From the NCBI GenBank assembly GCA_050289485.1, contig JBNKFV010000029.1, positions 21,810 to 61,809 of the forward strand: a stretch of 40,000 bases of DNA, written 5' to 3'. How positions within the stretch are numbered: the first letter of the stretch is position 1; the number at the start of each line of letters is the position of its first letter. Source of the stretch: Cellvibrionaceae bacterium (lineage in GTDB: Bacteria > Pseudomonadota > Gammaproteobacteria > Pseudomonadales > Cellvibrionaceae). Below, in pieces: positions 23,970 through 34,000 of this stretch. Below the pieces are notes generated by a model. That model was not told the origin of the DNA and ran no database searches. It was given only the letters and a program-made list of their open reading frames with translations. The translations under genes were made by a program, and so were the position numbers.

Positions 23970-25358
23970 CTATTCGACGCTATTTTTTTCTATTAGATTT
24001 TGATACCAGCGTGCGCTGGCTTTTGGTGTTCGTTTCAATGTTTGATAGTCAACGTGGTGAATGCCAAAGCGCTTGGAATAACCCAAGGCCCACTCAAAGT
24101 TATCCATAAAGGACCAAAGAAAATAACCGCGCAGGTTTACACCACTTTGTATAGCTTCGTGGCAAGCTTTAAGGTAGCTACGGAAGAACGCTATCCGACG
24201 CTCGTCATTAACTTGACCATCAGTCACTTCATCGACAAAACTACAACCATTTTCGGTGATATAAATAGGAGGGTTGGCATAACGTTGAGCTAACCACTGT
24301 AACAGTTTTTTGCATCCCCAGGGCACAATGGCCCAGTCCATGCTGGTTAATTCCCAGTTGGGGTCTTGGGACAGCGTGACATCTTGATCGTCGCTCAATC
24401 CACCGTTGCCATATACTGTTTGCTCAGGGGTTTCTCCACGAGCATCTGCTGCATACAATGTGGTGTAATGATTTAAACCAAAGAAGTCGGATGAGTGCTG
24501 AATCAGTTTGCGTTGTTCTGGTGTAATGGTTGGCAAACGATTGCCAAGTCTTTTTTTCATCGTTGCTGGATAGTCACCCAAGTAGATAGGGTCAGCAAAC
24601 CAGCCAATAAAAAATTCCAGTGCTCTTGTCGCGGCGGTTTTGTCCTCTGCGCTGTCGGTGAGTGGTTCGCGCCAGTCGCAGTTATTGGTGATACCGATCA
24701 CCCCTTTTTGACGTGATTGAAACCGTTTGCGATAGACCTGCACGGCTTTGGCGTGGGCGAGTAGTAAATGGTGACCAACGAGGTAAGGTTCGGTGTTGGA
24801 TATTCGTCCCGGTGCAAAAACGCCTTGGCCGTAGCCTAAGATAGATACAACCCAGGCTTCGTTAATGGTAATCCAATGCTTAACCCGATCGCCGAGGTGT
24901 TCAAAACACACGGCAGCATAGTCAGCGAACAGGTCTGAAATCTGTTCATCTAACCAGCCACCAAATTCGGTTTCCAGGGCTTGAGGTAAATCCCAATGGT
25001 AAAGGGTAATCCACGGCTGGATATCGTTTTTGATGAGTTCGTCAACCAGGTCGGAGTAAAATTGCATGCCTGCAGCGTTGAAGCTATCGGTGTGGCCGCT
25101 CGGTAAAACACGTGGCCAGGAAATAGAAAAACGATAGGCTTTCACGCCCATTGTTTTCATTAACTGCACATCTTCCCGAAACCGATGGTAGTGATCGCAG
25201 GCTTTATTCCCGTTCTGGTTTTGATAGACCTTGCCGGGTAGTTGACAGAAGTTATCCCATATAGACGGACCTTTGCCATCGGCAGTACTGCCACCTTCTA
25301 TTTGGTAGGCTGAGGTGGCGGTTCCCCATATAAAATCATCTGGAAAAGTAGCAGGCAT
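23970..25358 (-). CDS. GH1 beta-glucosidase (cytoplasmic)
   Basis: FIWGTATSAYQIEG, acid/base region HWITINEAW, nucleophile region IYITENG. No signal peptide. Confidence 0.92.
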   Translation of the reverse strand: MPATFPDDFIWGTATSAYQIEGGSTADGKGPSIWDNFCQLPGKVYQNQNGNKACDHYHRFREDVQLMKTMGVKAYRFSISWPRVLPSGHTDSFNAAGMQFYSDLVDELIKNDIQPWITLYHWDLPQALETEFGGWLDEQISDLFADYAAVCFEHLGDRVKHWITINEAWVVSILGYGQGVFAPGRISNTEPYLVGHHLLLAHAKAVQVYRKRFQSRQKGVIGITNNCDWREPLTDSAEDKTAATRALEFFIGWFADPIYLGDYPATMKKRLGNRLPTITPEQRKLIQHSSDFFGLNHYTTLYAADARGETPEQTVYGNGGLSDDQDVTLSQDPNWELTSMDWAIVPWGCKKLLQWLAQRYANPPIYITENGCSFVDEVTDGQVNDERRIAFFRSYLKACHEAIQSGVNLRGYFLWSFMDNFEWALGYSKRFGIHHVDYQTLKRTPKASARWYQNLIEKNSVE

Positions 25359-25570
25359 AGATTCCTCGTTACAACAATGTAGGCGACTTAGTGAAAGTTA
25401 TCGGCATATCGTCTACCGGTTTTGCGACGGCGAATTATGGGGTCTAGCCACCACACCCGCAGCGAGTTCGATGATTGGCTTATTTTGGTTGGTAGTAGCT
25501 TGTGTGCCGATTCGAGTGGGTCATATGCTGCCTTTATTATCGAATAGAACGGCTTGGTAGCTGTTTGACG

Positions 25571-26065
25571 CTACTCGAATTTAATTCTGGTTATGTAGTA
25601 AGGCTTGGTTTCTGTCTCCATGCCTTGAATTATCACGCCGTCTATTATCGTGTTTTCAGCCCCAAGATCTTTTAAGGAGATCTCTGCCAGCGCCCAGTTT
25701 TTTTGCTGAAGTTCAATACGGTAGCCCGCTTCGATGGGCTTTTCATCCTGAGATAATTTGACCATCAGTTTTTGTCCACCATCGGCGCCTCCGTTGATAA
25801 CAAATGTCAACTTGCTAAAACCTTCGGTAGAAAACGGGTCATGGTGGAGGTATAGGGCTGTCCAGGGGGCGCCTTCCACTTTAATCGGTTGTGCATTGGC
25901 AATTGGGACAGACAGTGTGACTTTGGCCCAGCTCCAGTCAGACCAGTTATTTTTAAGTGCGTCGTCATATACGACAATAGGCGGTGTTAATGCTTCTGCA
26001 GAAGCAAAGCTAATGGATAGGCAGGCGAGCGCAGCAATTGCGTGAAGGGAAAGTTTAGACACCAT
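25571..26065 (-). CDS. Small secreted protein of unknown function (possible carbohydrate-binding beta-sandwich)
   Basis: ATG at 26065 gives the signal peptide MVSKLSLHAIAALACLSISFASA|EA. The mature part is about 140 aa and aromatic-rich (NNWSDWSWAKV). The upstream part of the 206-aa ORF lies in AT-rich intergenic DNA and is rejected. Confidence 0.6.
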   Translation of the reverse strand: MVSKLSLHAIAALACLSISFASAEALTPPIVVYDDALKNNWSDWSWAKVTLSVPIANAQPIKVEGAPWTALYLHHDPFSTEGFSKLTFVINGGADGGQKLMVKLSQDEKPIEAGYRIELQQKNWALAEISLKDLGAENTIIDGVIIQGMETETKPYYITRIKFE

Positions 26066-26220
26066 TTGCTCCTTAATTTTATTTTTACTTATAATATATA
26101 AAACAAATTTATTTAATCTATTATAGACAGGTAAGAAAGCAAATAAAACCACTAATTTGCCTTCGGTATTGATAGCGGATTGCCAGAGCAAAAACCTCAG
26201 GTTGTGGTACGCAGAGCTTG

Positions 26221-27726
26221 TTATGGATTGCCTTTTATTGAGGCCAGGAAGTCGGTATGTAGTGGTAGCGCCTGGGCTGCCTGTGCCGTTTGCTGGCGCA
26301 GCATGGCGAGAATCTCGCGTATTTTGTTGGGGTCGGTCTGGTCAACCAGGGCGCTATATCCCTCGGGGTAGATACCTTGGCCGAGCAGTACTGCCAGCCA
26401 GCTGGTTATTGAAAAGAGGTCTTCTTCCCGGCGTTTTAACTGGCCAGCTGCTCGAAACAAATTAACTTTGTTCTCCAGGCTGGGTGTGAAGCCAATAGTT
26501 TTACGTTCCTGCCAAAAGGGGTCGTTGTCTCTGTTATTAGCAGCATAATGCAGTATTAGAAAATCCCGGATATTTTCAATTTCTACCATTCCCATACGGT
26601 TGTATTGGTCAATCAAGGGTTGCTCGAAACGTCGTGACGGGAAAAGATTCAGCAACCTGCCAATGGCCGATTGAACAAGATGGATGCTGGTTGATTCAAG
26701 CGGTTCCAAAAAGCCAGAGGATAAGCCAATGGCAACGACGTTTTTTTCCCAGAGCTTATTTCTGCGCCCGGTAGTGAAGCGGATAAGGCGGGGATCGGCA
26801 AGTGGGGCTCCGTCGATTGCTGTCATCAAGGTTTGTTCAGCTTCACTGTCACTGATATGAGTGCTGGAATATACGTAGCCGTTACCGGTGCGATGCTGAA
26901 GTGGGATGCGCCATGTCCAGCCGGCGGCTTGCGCTGTGGATCGGGTATATGGAATCGGCTCTTCTATTTTGGCGGAAGGAACCGCTAGAGCGCTATTGCA
27001 GGGTAGCCAATGAGACCAGTCGGTGTAGCCAACCTTTAAGGTCTGTTCGATGAGCAGGCCCCGAAACCCAGAGCAGTCAATAAACAGATCTGCCTTCAGC
27101 GCGCGTCCGTCTTCCAGCACAACGTGAGTGACGTGCCCGCTATCCGAGTCCAGTTCGGCAGCGAGAACGCGTCCTTCATGGCGTGTGACCCCGCGCGCTT
27201 TTGCCAGATTACTGAGATAGGATGCGTAGAGCGAAGCATCAAAATGGAAGGCGTAGGACAAACGTGCCAGTGGGGAGGTGGCGGGCTGCTTGCCGGGGCG
27301 TGCAAAGCGCTTTGCGCGGGCGAGTTGTGCGTTAACACTGTAGTCGTCAATATCACCCGCGTATCCGTCATTGTTGGCTTTTAGCCAATAGTGGTGAAAA
27401 TCGGTGGCGTCGATGGGTACGCCATAGCTGCCGAAAGGGTGGAGATAACTATGGCCCTGGCGTTGCCAGTTCACAAACTCGATACCCAGTTTGTAAGTAG
27501 CCTCTGTGGCACGGACAAATTCATTCTCGTCGATGCCGAGCATACGGTTATAGGCCTGAATAGGGGGTATGGTTGCCTCGCCGACGCCGATAATGCCAAT
27601 TTCATCGGATTCCACCAGTTCAATTTTTACCGTTTTTAATATCGTCGCCATCGCGGCGGCGGTCATCCAGCCTGCGGTGCCGCCGCCAACAATCAGAATG
27701 TTGCGAATAGGTTCTTGTTGTGTCAT
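26221..27726 (-). CDS. Tryptophan-halogenase-family flavoprotein, paralog 1 (full motif set)
   Basis: GGGTAGW (GxGxxG), GVGEATIP, Lys79 in ATYKLGIEF, FIDCSGFRG, GWTWRIPLQ (WxWxIP), GFLEPLESTSI. Confidence 0.85.
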   Translation of the reverse strand: MTQQEPIRNILIVGGGTAGWMTAAAMATILKTVKIELVESDEIGIIGVGEATIPPIQAYNRMLGIDENEFVRATEATYKLGIEFVNWQRQGHSYLHPFGSYGVPIDATDFHHYWLKANNDGYAGDIDDYSVNAQLARAKRFARPGKQPATSPLARLSYAFHFDASLYASYLSNLAKARGVTRHEGRVLAAELDSDSGHVTHVVLEDGRALKADLFIDCSGFRGLLIEQTLKVGYTDWSHWLPCNSALAVPSAKIEEPIPYTRSTAQAAGWTWRIPLQHRTGNGYVYSSTHISDSEAEQTLMTAIDGAPLADPRLIRFTTGRRNKLWEKNVVAIGLSSGFLEPLESTSIHLVQSAIGRLLNLFPSRRFEQPLIDQYNRMGMVEIENIRDFLILHYAANNRDNDPFWQERKTIGFTPSLENKVNLFRAAGQLKRREEDLFSITSWLAVLLGQGIYPEGYSALVDQTDPNKIREILAMLRQQTAQAAQALPLHTDFLASIKGNP

Positions 27727-27745
27727 GGGTCTTTTCCGTTGGTTT

Positions 27746-29212
27746 TTATGCCTGGCTCTTGCTGGATGCTATTCGCGGGAGAGCGTCTGTGTAGGCCGGA
27801 CAGTCCTGAACCACCCTGTTTATACTTGCGCTGGATTGATTGAGAATGGCCCGTGATTGGGTTTTGTCAACGGCGTGGACCGCCGGATCCAGTCCGGTTG
27901 GTCGAAGGCCCAGACCGATCAGCGCGGCGCGCCAATTGTCGATAGTGATAGCGCTTTCCGCATAATGCGGCAGGCTGCCGCGCCGCAAAAACTGCTCTAA
28001 CCTGTGGGCCAGACTTTCCGGTGGCGGTGATTCTTGAGCCGCTCTCCACATTGGCCCCTCGGGTTGCCCCGAATGGCGGTAGTGCAAGGCGTGGAAATCA
28101 CGCATCACTGCATCGGCCAGAGCCGTGCGGCGGTTATATTCGGCAATCAGATTTGGTTGGCAATCGCGCCCTGGTAGTAGTTCAAGGGCGCGCAAAATAG
28201 ATTCGTGGGCGATCTGGAGCGTGCTTCCATAGAGGGGGCCGGGTGTTGCCGCAGCATCACCAAAGGCTACAACATTGTGCACCCAGCTGTTGGTGCGGCG
28301 GCCAGGCCGGAATGCCATCGCGTCCAGTTCGTCTGTGCGCAGACAGGCTGCTGCTGCGTTTTCGCTGGTGAAACTACTGTGGTAGTTAAAGCTGCTGTGC
28401 AGACCGTTCTGTCCCGGCATATTCCAGCGCCAGCCGTCGGGCAGCGCCGTGATCGTATCGATAAGGTCGGGCGGGCATTGTGTTCGCCGCTGGTCGAGTA
28501 GTTGTCGATCACAGGGGATCCACTGGCTCCAGTCTTCAAACTGGTCTTCCAGCGTCGACAGCAGAGGGGCTTGCGGGCCCGCGCAATCGAGGAACAGGTC
28601 GGCACTGAGTTGTTGTTGGTCGGAGAGAGTGATACTGGTTATTTTGCCGTCTGCGCTACGCGTTGTGCTCACCAGGGTTCCTGGAACAAATGTGATGCCT
28701 ACGTGCCGCGCCAGGGAAACCAGACGTTTCAGATACCCCTGCAGATTGAATCGCAGACTGTACTCTGATGCCAACAATGGTTTGAATCGGCCGGCGAGAG
28801 CCAGCGCGCCTGCAAGTGAGTGGGCGTGGTAGGGCGAACCTTCGTCTTCAAGTCGCAGCCAGTGTTGATGGAAGTGTGATTGCGCTACCGGTACGCCGTG
28901 TTTGCCATGGGTATATAGCCAGTCGCCGCCGGCCTGGTTCCAGTTTTTAAAGCGGGTGGCAAACCAATGACTGCCACCCGCGCGCTGAAACATACCGGCT
29001 TCGTCCATACCTATGCGCCGGTGAAACTGCAGAATTGATTGCGGCGCAACTTCCTGTCTGTCGGCCAGAGCCCCCGAGTGATTGGGTGTCACGACCACCT
29101 TGATCGGCGTGTTTGGTAGCGCGCGGCGAAAGGCTATCGCTGCTGACAGGCCAACAATGCCGGCGCCAAGAGTAACGATGGAGCGTAGAGGTTGCGGGGT
29201 TGGCAGGTTCAT
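27746..29212 (-). CDS. Tryptophan-halogenase-family flavoprotein, paralog 2 (degenerate catalytic residues)
   Basis: GAGIVGLSAA (GxGxxG). No GEATIP. Trp83 (SHWFATRF) aligns without gaps to the catalytic Lys of its neighbours. GWRWNMP replaces WxWxIP. PGPLYGST replaces EPLEST. Its start overlaps the paralog 3 stop by ATGA. Confidence 0.75.
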   Translation of the reverse strand: MNLPTPQPLRSIVTLGAGIVGLSAAIAFRRALPNTPIKVVVTPNHSGALADRQEVAPQSILQFHRRIGMDEAGMFQRAGGSHWFATRFKNWNQAGGDWLYTHGKHGVPVAQSHFHQHWLRLEDEGSPYHAHSLAGALALAGRFKPLLASEYSLRFNLQGYLKRLVSLARHVGITFVPGTLVSTTRSADGKITSITLSDQQQLSADLFLDCAGPQAPLLSTLEDQFEDWSQWIPCDRQLLDQRRTQCPPDLIDTITALPDGWRWNMPGQNGLHSSFNYHSSFTSENAAAACLRTDELDAMAFRPGRRTNSWVHNVVAFGDAAATPGPLYGSTLQIAHESILRALELLPGRDCQPNLIAEYNRRTALADAVMRDFHALHYRHSGQPEGPMWRAAQESPPPESLAHRLEQFLRRGSLPHYAESAITIDNWRAALIGLGLRPTGLDPAVHAVDKTQSRAILNQSSASINRVVQDCPAYTDALPRIASSKSQA

Positions 29213-30750
29213 ATGGTCGTCTCCGCAGTAATGGCTGCATCCATGTTGCGGATAACGTCATCATGACTGGGCATGCCCCTGACAAGTTGCTTGATATCGT
29301 GGCGTAACGTTGCGAGTGCGCCTGCCAGTTTTTCTGCTGAGGGAAGGTTGGCACGCTGATCCCATTGCTTGGGAATGATGCCCTGACCCAGTAGAACGGC
29401 AATCCAGCTTGGTTCGGCAAATAGACCCTGCTCGTATTTTTCAATGGTGGCTGAATGGGTCCATAAATTGATTTTCTCTTTCAGACTGTCGGGCACTTCC
29501 ATGGTTCGAACATGGTTCCAAAAGCTGGAGTCGTCGCGGGAGGTGGCATGATAGTGAAGAATCAGAAAGTCCCGGATGCGGTCATATTCCATATCCACGA
29601 GTCGATTAAATTCATCTCTGTCGGCGTTGTCGATGCGTCCTGCGACCGGAAACAGTTCTATCAGGCTTGTGATGGCGGCCTGTGCCAGGTAGATGCTTGT
29701 TGACTCCAGTGGTTCTAAAAATCCACTGGCAAGGCCGATTGAAACCACATTTTTAACCCAGGAGCGTTTTCGTCTGCCCGCGTTAAAGCGCAGTATTCGA
29801 GGGTCGGCCATAGGCTGCCCTTCGAGCGAGCTGAGAATCGCATCAGCGGCTCCTTCATCGGAGAGTTGTGAGCTGGAATAAACATAACCGTTCCCCACCC
29901 GGTGTTGGAGCGGAATTCGCCAGCGCCAGCCTGCGGGCATCGCTATTGCCCGGGTGTAAGGTTCAATTGCCCCCGGCGGTGATGTGCAGGGCACCGCAAT
30001 TGCCCGGTCGCAGGGCAGCCAGTGCGACCAGTCCTCCTTTGGCTCCTCCAGGGTTTTGCCAATCAATACACTCGCGAACCCTGAGCAGTCAATGAAGAGG
30101 TCTCCTTCAATAAGGCGGCCGTCGGCCAGTTGCAATGCGGTTATATTGCCGGTGTCCGGGTGTTGGTGGGCGGCTGTCATTTTGCCTTCGATGCGGGTAA
30201 CACCGCGTTTTTCGGCGTAGGCGCGTAGATACGGTGCAAAAAGTGTGGCGTCAAATTGATAGGCGTGGCCGTAGCTACCCGCCAGGGTGTCGGTATCTTC
30301 TGCAGGTAAAGAAAAACGGCAGGCCTTGGCCATTGCGACTGCCAGGGAATAATCGGCTATGCCATCTTTGGCGCCTTCGGCCCGGGCGCGCAGCCAATAA
30401 TGATGAAACGCAACGCCTGCCAGTGGCGAGCCGTAACTGCCAAACGGGTGAATGTAACTGTCGCCGATTTTGCCAAAATCGCGGAAATCGATGCCGAGCT
30501 TAATGGTGGCATGGGTTGCACGTAACACATCACTTTCATCGAGTTCCAGTTTTTTGATGAAGGCCCGAATACTGGGGATTGTGGCCTCGCCAACGCCGAC
30601 TATGCCAATGTCCTCTGACTCCACCAGTGTGACGTTGGTGACGCCGGGTAGAATTCGGGAGAGTGCCGCAGCTGTCATCCATCCGGCAGTGCCGCCACCC
30701 AAAATGATGGTCCGCAAGGGTTTGTGGTGGTGCGGCGACTCGATACCCAT
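29209..30750 (-). CDS. Tryptophan-halogenase-family flavoprotein, paralog 3 (full motif set)
   Basis: GGGTAGW, GVGEATIPS, Lys84 in ATIKLGIDF, FIDCSGF, GWRWRIPLQ, GFLEPLESTSIYL. A GAGGTGAT SD lies upstream. Confidence 0.85.
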   Translation of the reverse strand: MGIESPHHHKPLRTIILGGGTAGWMTAAALSRILPGVTNVTLVESEDIGIVGVGEATIPSIRAFIKKLELDESDVLRATHATIKLGIDFRDFGKIGDSYIHPFGSYGSPLAGVAFHHYWLRARAEGAKDGIADYSLAVAMAKACRFSLPAEDTDTLAGSYGHAYQFDATLFAPYLRAYAEKRGVTRIEGKMTAAHQHPDTGNITALQLADGRLIEGDLFIDCSGFASVLIGKTLEEPKEDWSHWLPCDRAIAVPCTSPPGAIEPYTRAIAMPAGWRWRIPLQHRVGNGYVYSSSQLSDEGAADAILSSLEGQPMADPRILRFNAGRRKRSWVKNVVSIGLASGFLEPLESTSIYLAQAAITSLIELFPVAGRIDNADRDEFNRLVDMEYDRIRDFLILHYHATSRDDSSFWNHVRTMEVPDSLKEKINLWTHSATIEKYEQGLFAEPSWIAVLLGQGIIPKQWDQRANLPSAEKLAGALATLRHDIKQLVRGMPSHDDVIRNMDAAITAETTI

Positions 30751-31037
30751 TTCTTGATCACCTCGTTATGTCGTTATTTTAGTTCGGTAGTACGGGTGCT
30801 GCGCACATATATCATCCAGTCTCGGCGATATTCGTCAACCATTAAATTAAAACAATTTGTTTTTTTATTGAAAAGGGTCGCGTATGGAATTATATTGATT
30901 GGGCAAAGTGTTAAGGCTTTCTTCGGGTCAGGAGCACGAGGAAGGTTTGTCTGGTAGGGCGGTCGGACCCATTGATCGCAGTGTCTGCCAAGACCGACGC
31001 AAGAACATATTTATAAAAATAATCGGAGGAGGCGGTA

Positions 31038-34000
31038 ATGCCTAAACAAGATCAGTGTCTACGTGACGCTATTTCCCAAGTTTTGCGCAAGCTTAGTATC
31101 GGTGTTTCAACCATTTCTTTTGTCTGCGCGGCTCAATCAGGCTTTGCTCAGGAAACGGTGAATAACAGTACCGCTAGTGACGCAGTAGATTCGGCGGCTG
31201 TGGATGGCATGGAGTTGCTGGAAGAAGTTGTTGTTAGTGGGATTCGTCGCAGTCTTTCTACTGCACAAGATCTTAAGCGTGACTCCGATACTGTCATTGA
31301 TGCCATTACTGCTGAAGATATTGGCGCCCTTCCTGATATGTCGGTAAACGAAGCACTTCAGCGTGTTCCCGGTGTCGCTATTACGCGCTTTGCGGCAGCC
31401 AGTGATACACAGCATTTCTCGGTAGAAGGTTCCGGGGTTGTGATTCGTGGGTTGGATTATGTTCAAAGTCAGTTTAACGGTCGCGATACGTTTTCTGCAG
31501 ATGGCGGTCGCGCTATTAGTTTTAATGACGTGGCACCAGAGCTTGTCGGTTCCGTAGAGGTGTTTAAAAACCTGACGGCCGATATGGTTGAGGGTGGTAT
31601 ATCCGGTATCGTTAACCTGAATACCCGTAAGCCACTTGATCAGGATGGCCAGGTTATCTACCTGTCGGTTGATAGTAATTATGGGGACTTCTCCGAGAAA
31701 GCTTCGCCAAGTGTTACCGGGCTATATAGTAATAGCTGGGATCTGGAAAGTGGTGGGCGAGTTGGTTTTCTGGCCAGCGCCACATCCTCCCAGCTTAAAA
31801 GCCGCAGCGACTCCGTATTTGTAACATCCGTATTGCCGCGACCTATTTCTGATACGGATACTTTCCCTGTGCCAGAGGGGTTTGACCGCGTGTATGCGCC
31901 GCTGGGTGCGGGTGTGCGCTCGCAGGATTTTGATCGAAAGCGCACTGGCTATGCAGCGGCTGCACAGTTTGAATCTGCTGACCAACGTTTACTTGCCACA
32001 GCGCAATTCTTGCGTACAGACGGTCACAATGCCTGGGTAGAGCATACCACCGAAGCTGCAGTGTGGTATCAGGATGTTGATCGTACATTCCCTGCCGAGG
32101 GTACTGACTACACCTACGATGAGAACGGTGTATTTACCAGTGGTGCGATTCGTTATCCCGATTGGTATCACTGGGATAATTCGATCGGCGGTTTTAATGA
32201 GGCGTTCCAGAAAAATGGTATCCCTACACGGTTTTCTAACCGCGGCGTTGTAACGGATTCGGTTACCGACGATTTTAGTATCAATGTTAAGTATGAGGTG
32301 AATGATCGGCTGCGCACTAACTTCGATCTTCAATATGTGAAATCGACATCGAAAAATACTGACATCTCCATTGAGACCTATACCTACTCCGATATGGATC
32401 TTGATCTCACGGGTGACATTGCTCAGTTGGACTTTAGCCAAGGTGAGTTTGCATCGGGTGAAACAGTTACCTCCGAAGAATACATGACAGACCCCAATAG
32501 TCTGTATTTCGGTAATGCCATGACTAATCGCGCTGACAACGATGGTGAGGAGTGGGCTTTTCGCATTGATGCTGAGTACGATTTGAGCGACGACGGCTTC
32601 TTCCGTAGAGCGCGGGTAGGTTTGCGTTATGCAGATCGTGATCAAACCGTCAGAACCAATGACTATAATAACTGGGGTGCAGTTAGCCAGTTGTGGACCA
32701 GTGGTGGGCCACAAACGTTTGCTGATATAGATCCTTCTTTATATGAAGTTTATTCGTACACCAACTTTTTCCGCGGCGATTCACATCTACCACCTTCAGC
32801 AAATTTTCTTAGAGGCAACGTAGCTGAAGAATACGATACCTATCAGCAGTTGATGCGTGAACTGACTGCTGCTGGTGGTGGCGGTTATACGCCGTTAGAA
32901 GACCGCGATTGTGTGACCACGAAGGGTTTTTTCTGTGACAACGAAATTTACCGTAACACTGAAACAACGGATGCCGCCTATGTTCGTATAGACTTTGCTA
33001 TCGACGAGTTGGGAGACGGTATGTCATTCGACGGTAATGTGGGGCTTCGCTACGTGTCTACAGAGACCAACTCATACGGATCCAGTACGTTTCCTAACCT
33101 GGACGCTATTAAAGGTGGCTATGACACTGTTGAGGAATATTGCGCGGCGGCTCTGTCTGACCCAAACCCAACCAGTTCACCTAATGCCATCTGTTCGCTT
33201 GGCGCTGCGGAAAGGGCAGACATTATTGCCTATGCCGATGGCTCGACTGCTGCCAATATCGCGAAGAGTAATTATGATTCCTGGCTGCCAAGTTTGAATT
33301 TGCGTTTGGGCGTCACAGAAGAGGTAAATTTGCGCTTTGCTGCATCCAAGGCGATTTCGCGACCGAAGTTTAATCAGTTGCGTAATTTCCTGACGCAGTC
33401 GACTGCAACGACGACGTCGTCTACCGAATTCGGAGGATTTCAAATTTCGTCCGGGACAAACCCCTACCTGAAACCGGTAGAAGCCAAGCAATATGACCTT
33501 ACCGCTGAGTGGTATTTTTCTGAAGTTGGCTCCTTGACGGGATCGTTATTCTATAAACAGTTGGATAACATTATCCTCGACTCTGGCTTTTCGCAGCAGA
33601 CCTATGAGAATAACGGCGTTACGCAAGACGTTTTGATTGTCGGGCCGGCTAATACATCAGGCAAGGGAACTGTTAAAGGGTATGAATTGGCCTACCAGCA
33701 GACTTTCGATTTTCTGCCCGGTATCTTGAGCGGCCTTGGTATGCAGGCGAGCTATACCTATATCAAGCCTAGCAGTTTGCCGAATCAACCTCAGGACGGT
33801 GACACTACTGTACCGTATGATGTTGAAGGTGTTCAGGAAAGCCTGCCTTTGGCTCAATACTCCGAGCATAACGTAAACTTTACTACGTTCTACGAGGTTG
33901 ACAACCTATCGGCTCGCCTGGCCTATAGCTGGCGCTCTGAGTATCTGTTAACCGTTCAGGATTGTTGTTTCCCGTTTCTTCCTGTGATGACCGATGCTAC

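Noticed and set aside
26066-26191. N-terminal 42-aa extension of the 206-aa ORF (MLWQSAINTEGKL...).
   Set aside because: The extension lies in very AT-rich intergenic sequence. The internal ATG at 26065 yields a textbook signal peptide.
27480-27600. First impression was that halogenase paralogs 1 and 3 lack the catalytic lysine, because EATIPPIQA / EATIPSIRA have Ala where PrnA has LQK.
   Set aside because: That lysine is PrnA K57, and RebH has Thr there. Counting residues places the catalytic K79 in the YKxxIxF block, which paralogs 1 (K79) and 3 (K84) retain. Only paralog 2 (W83) lacks it.
31989-32714. 241-aa ORF on the minus strand.
   Set aside because: It is entirely antisense to the strongly supported TonB-dependent receptor gene. 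It has no SD, no recognisable motifs, and composition typical of a shadow frame.
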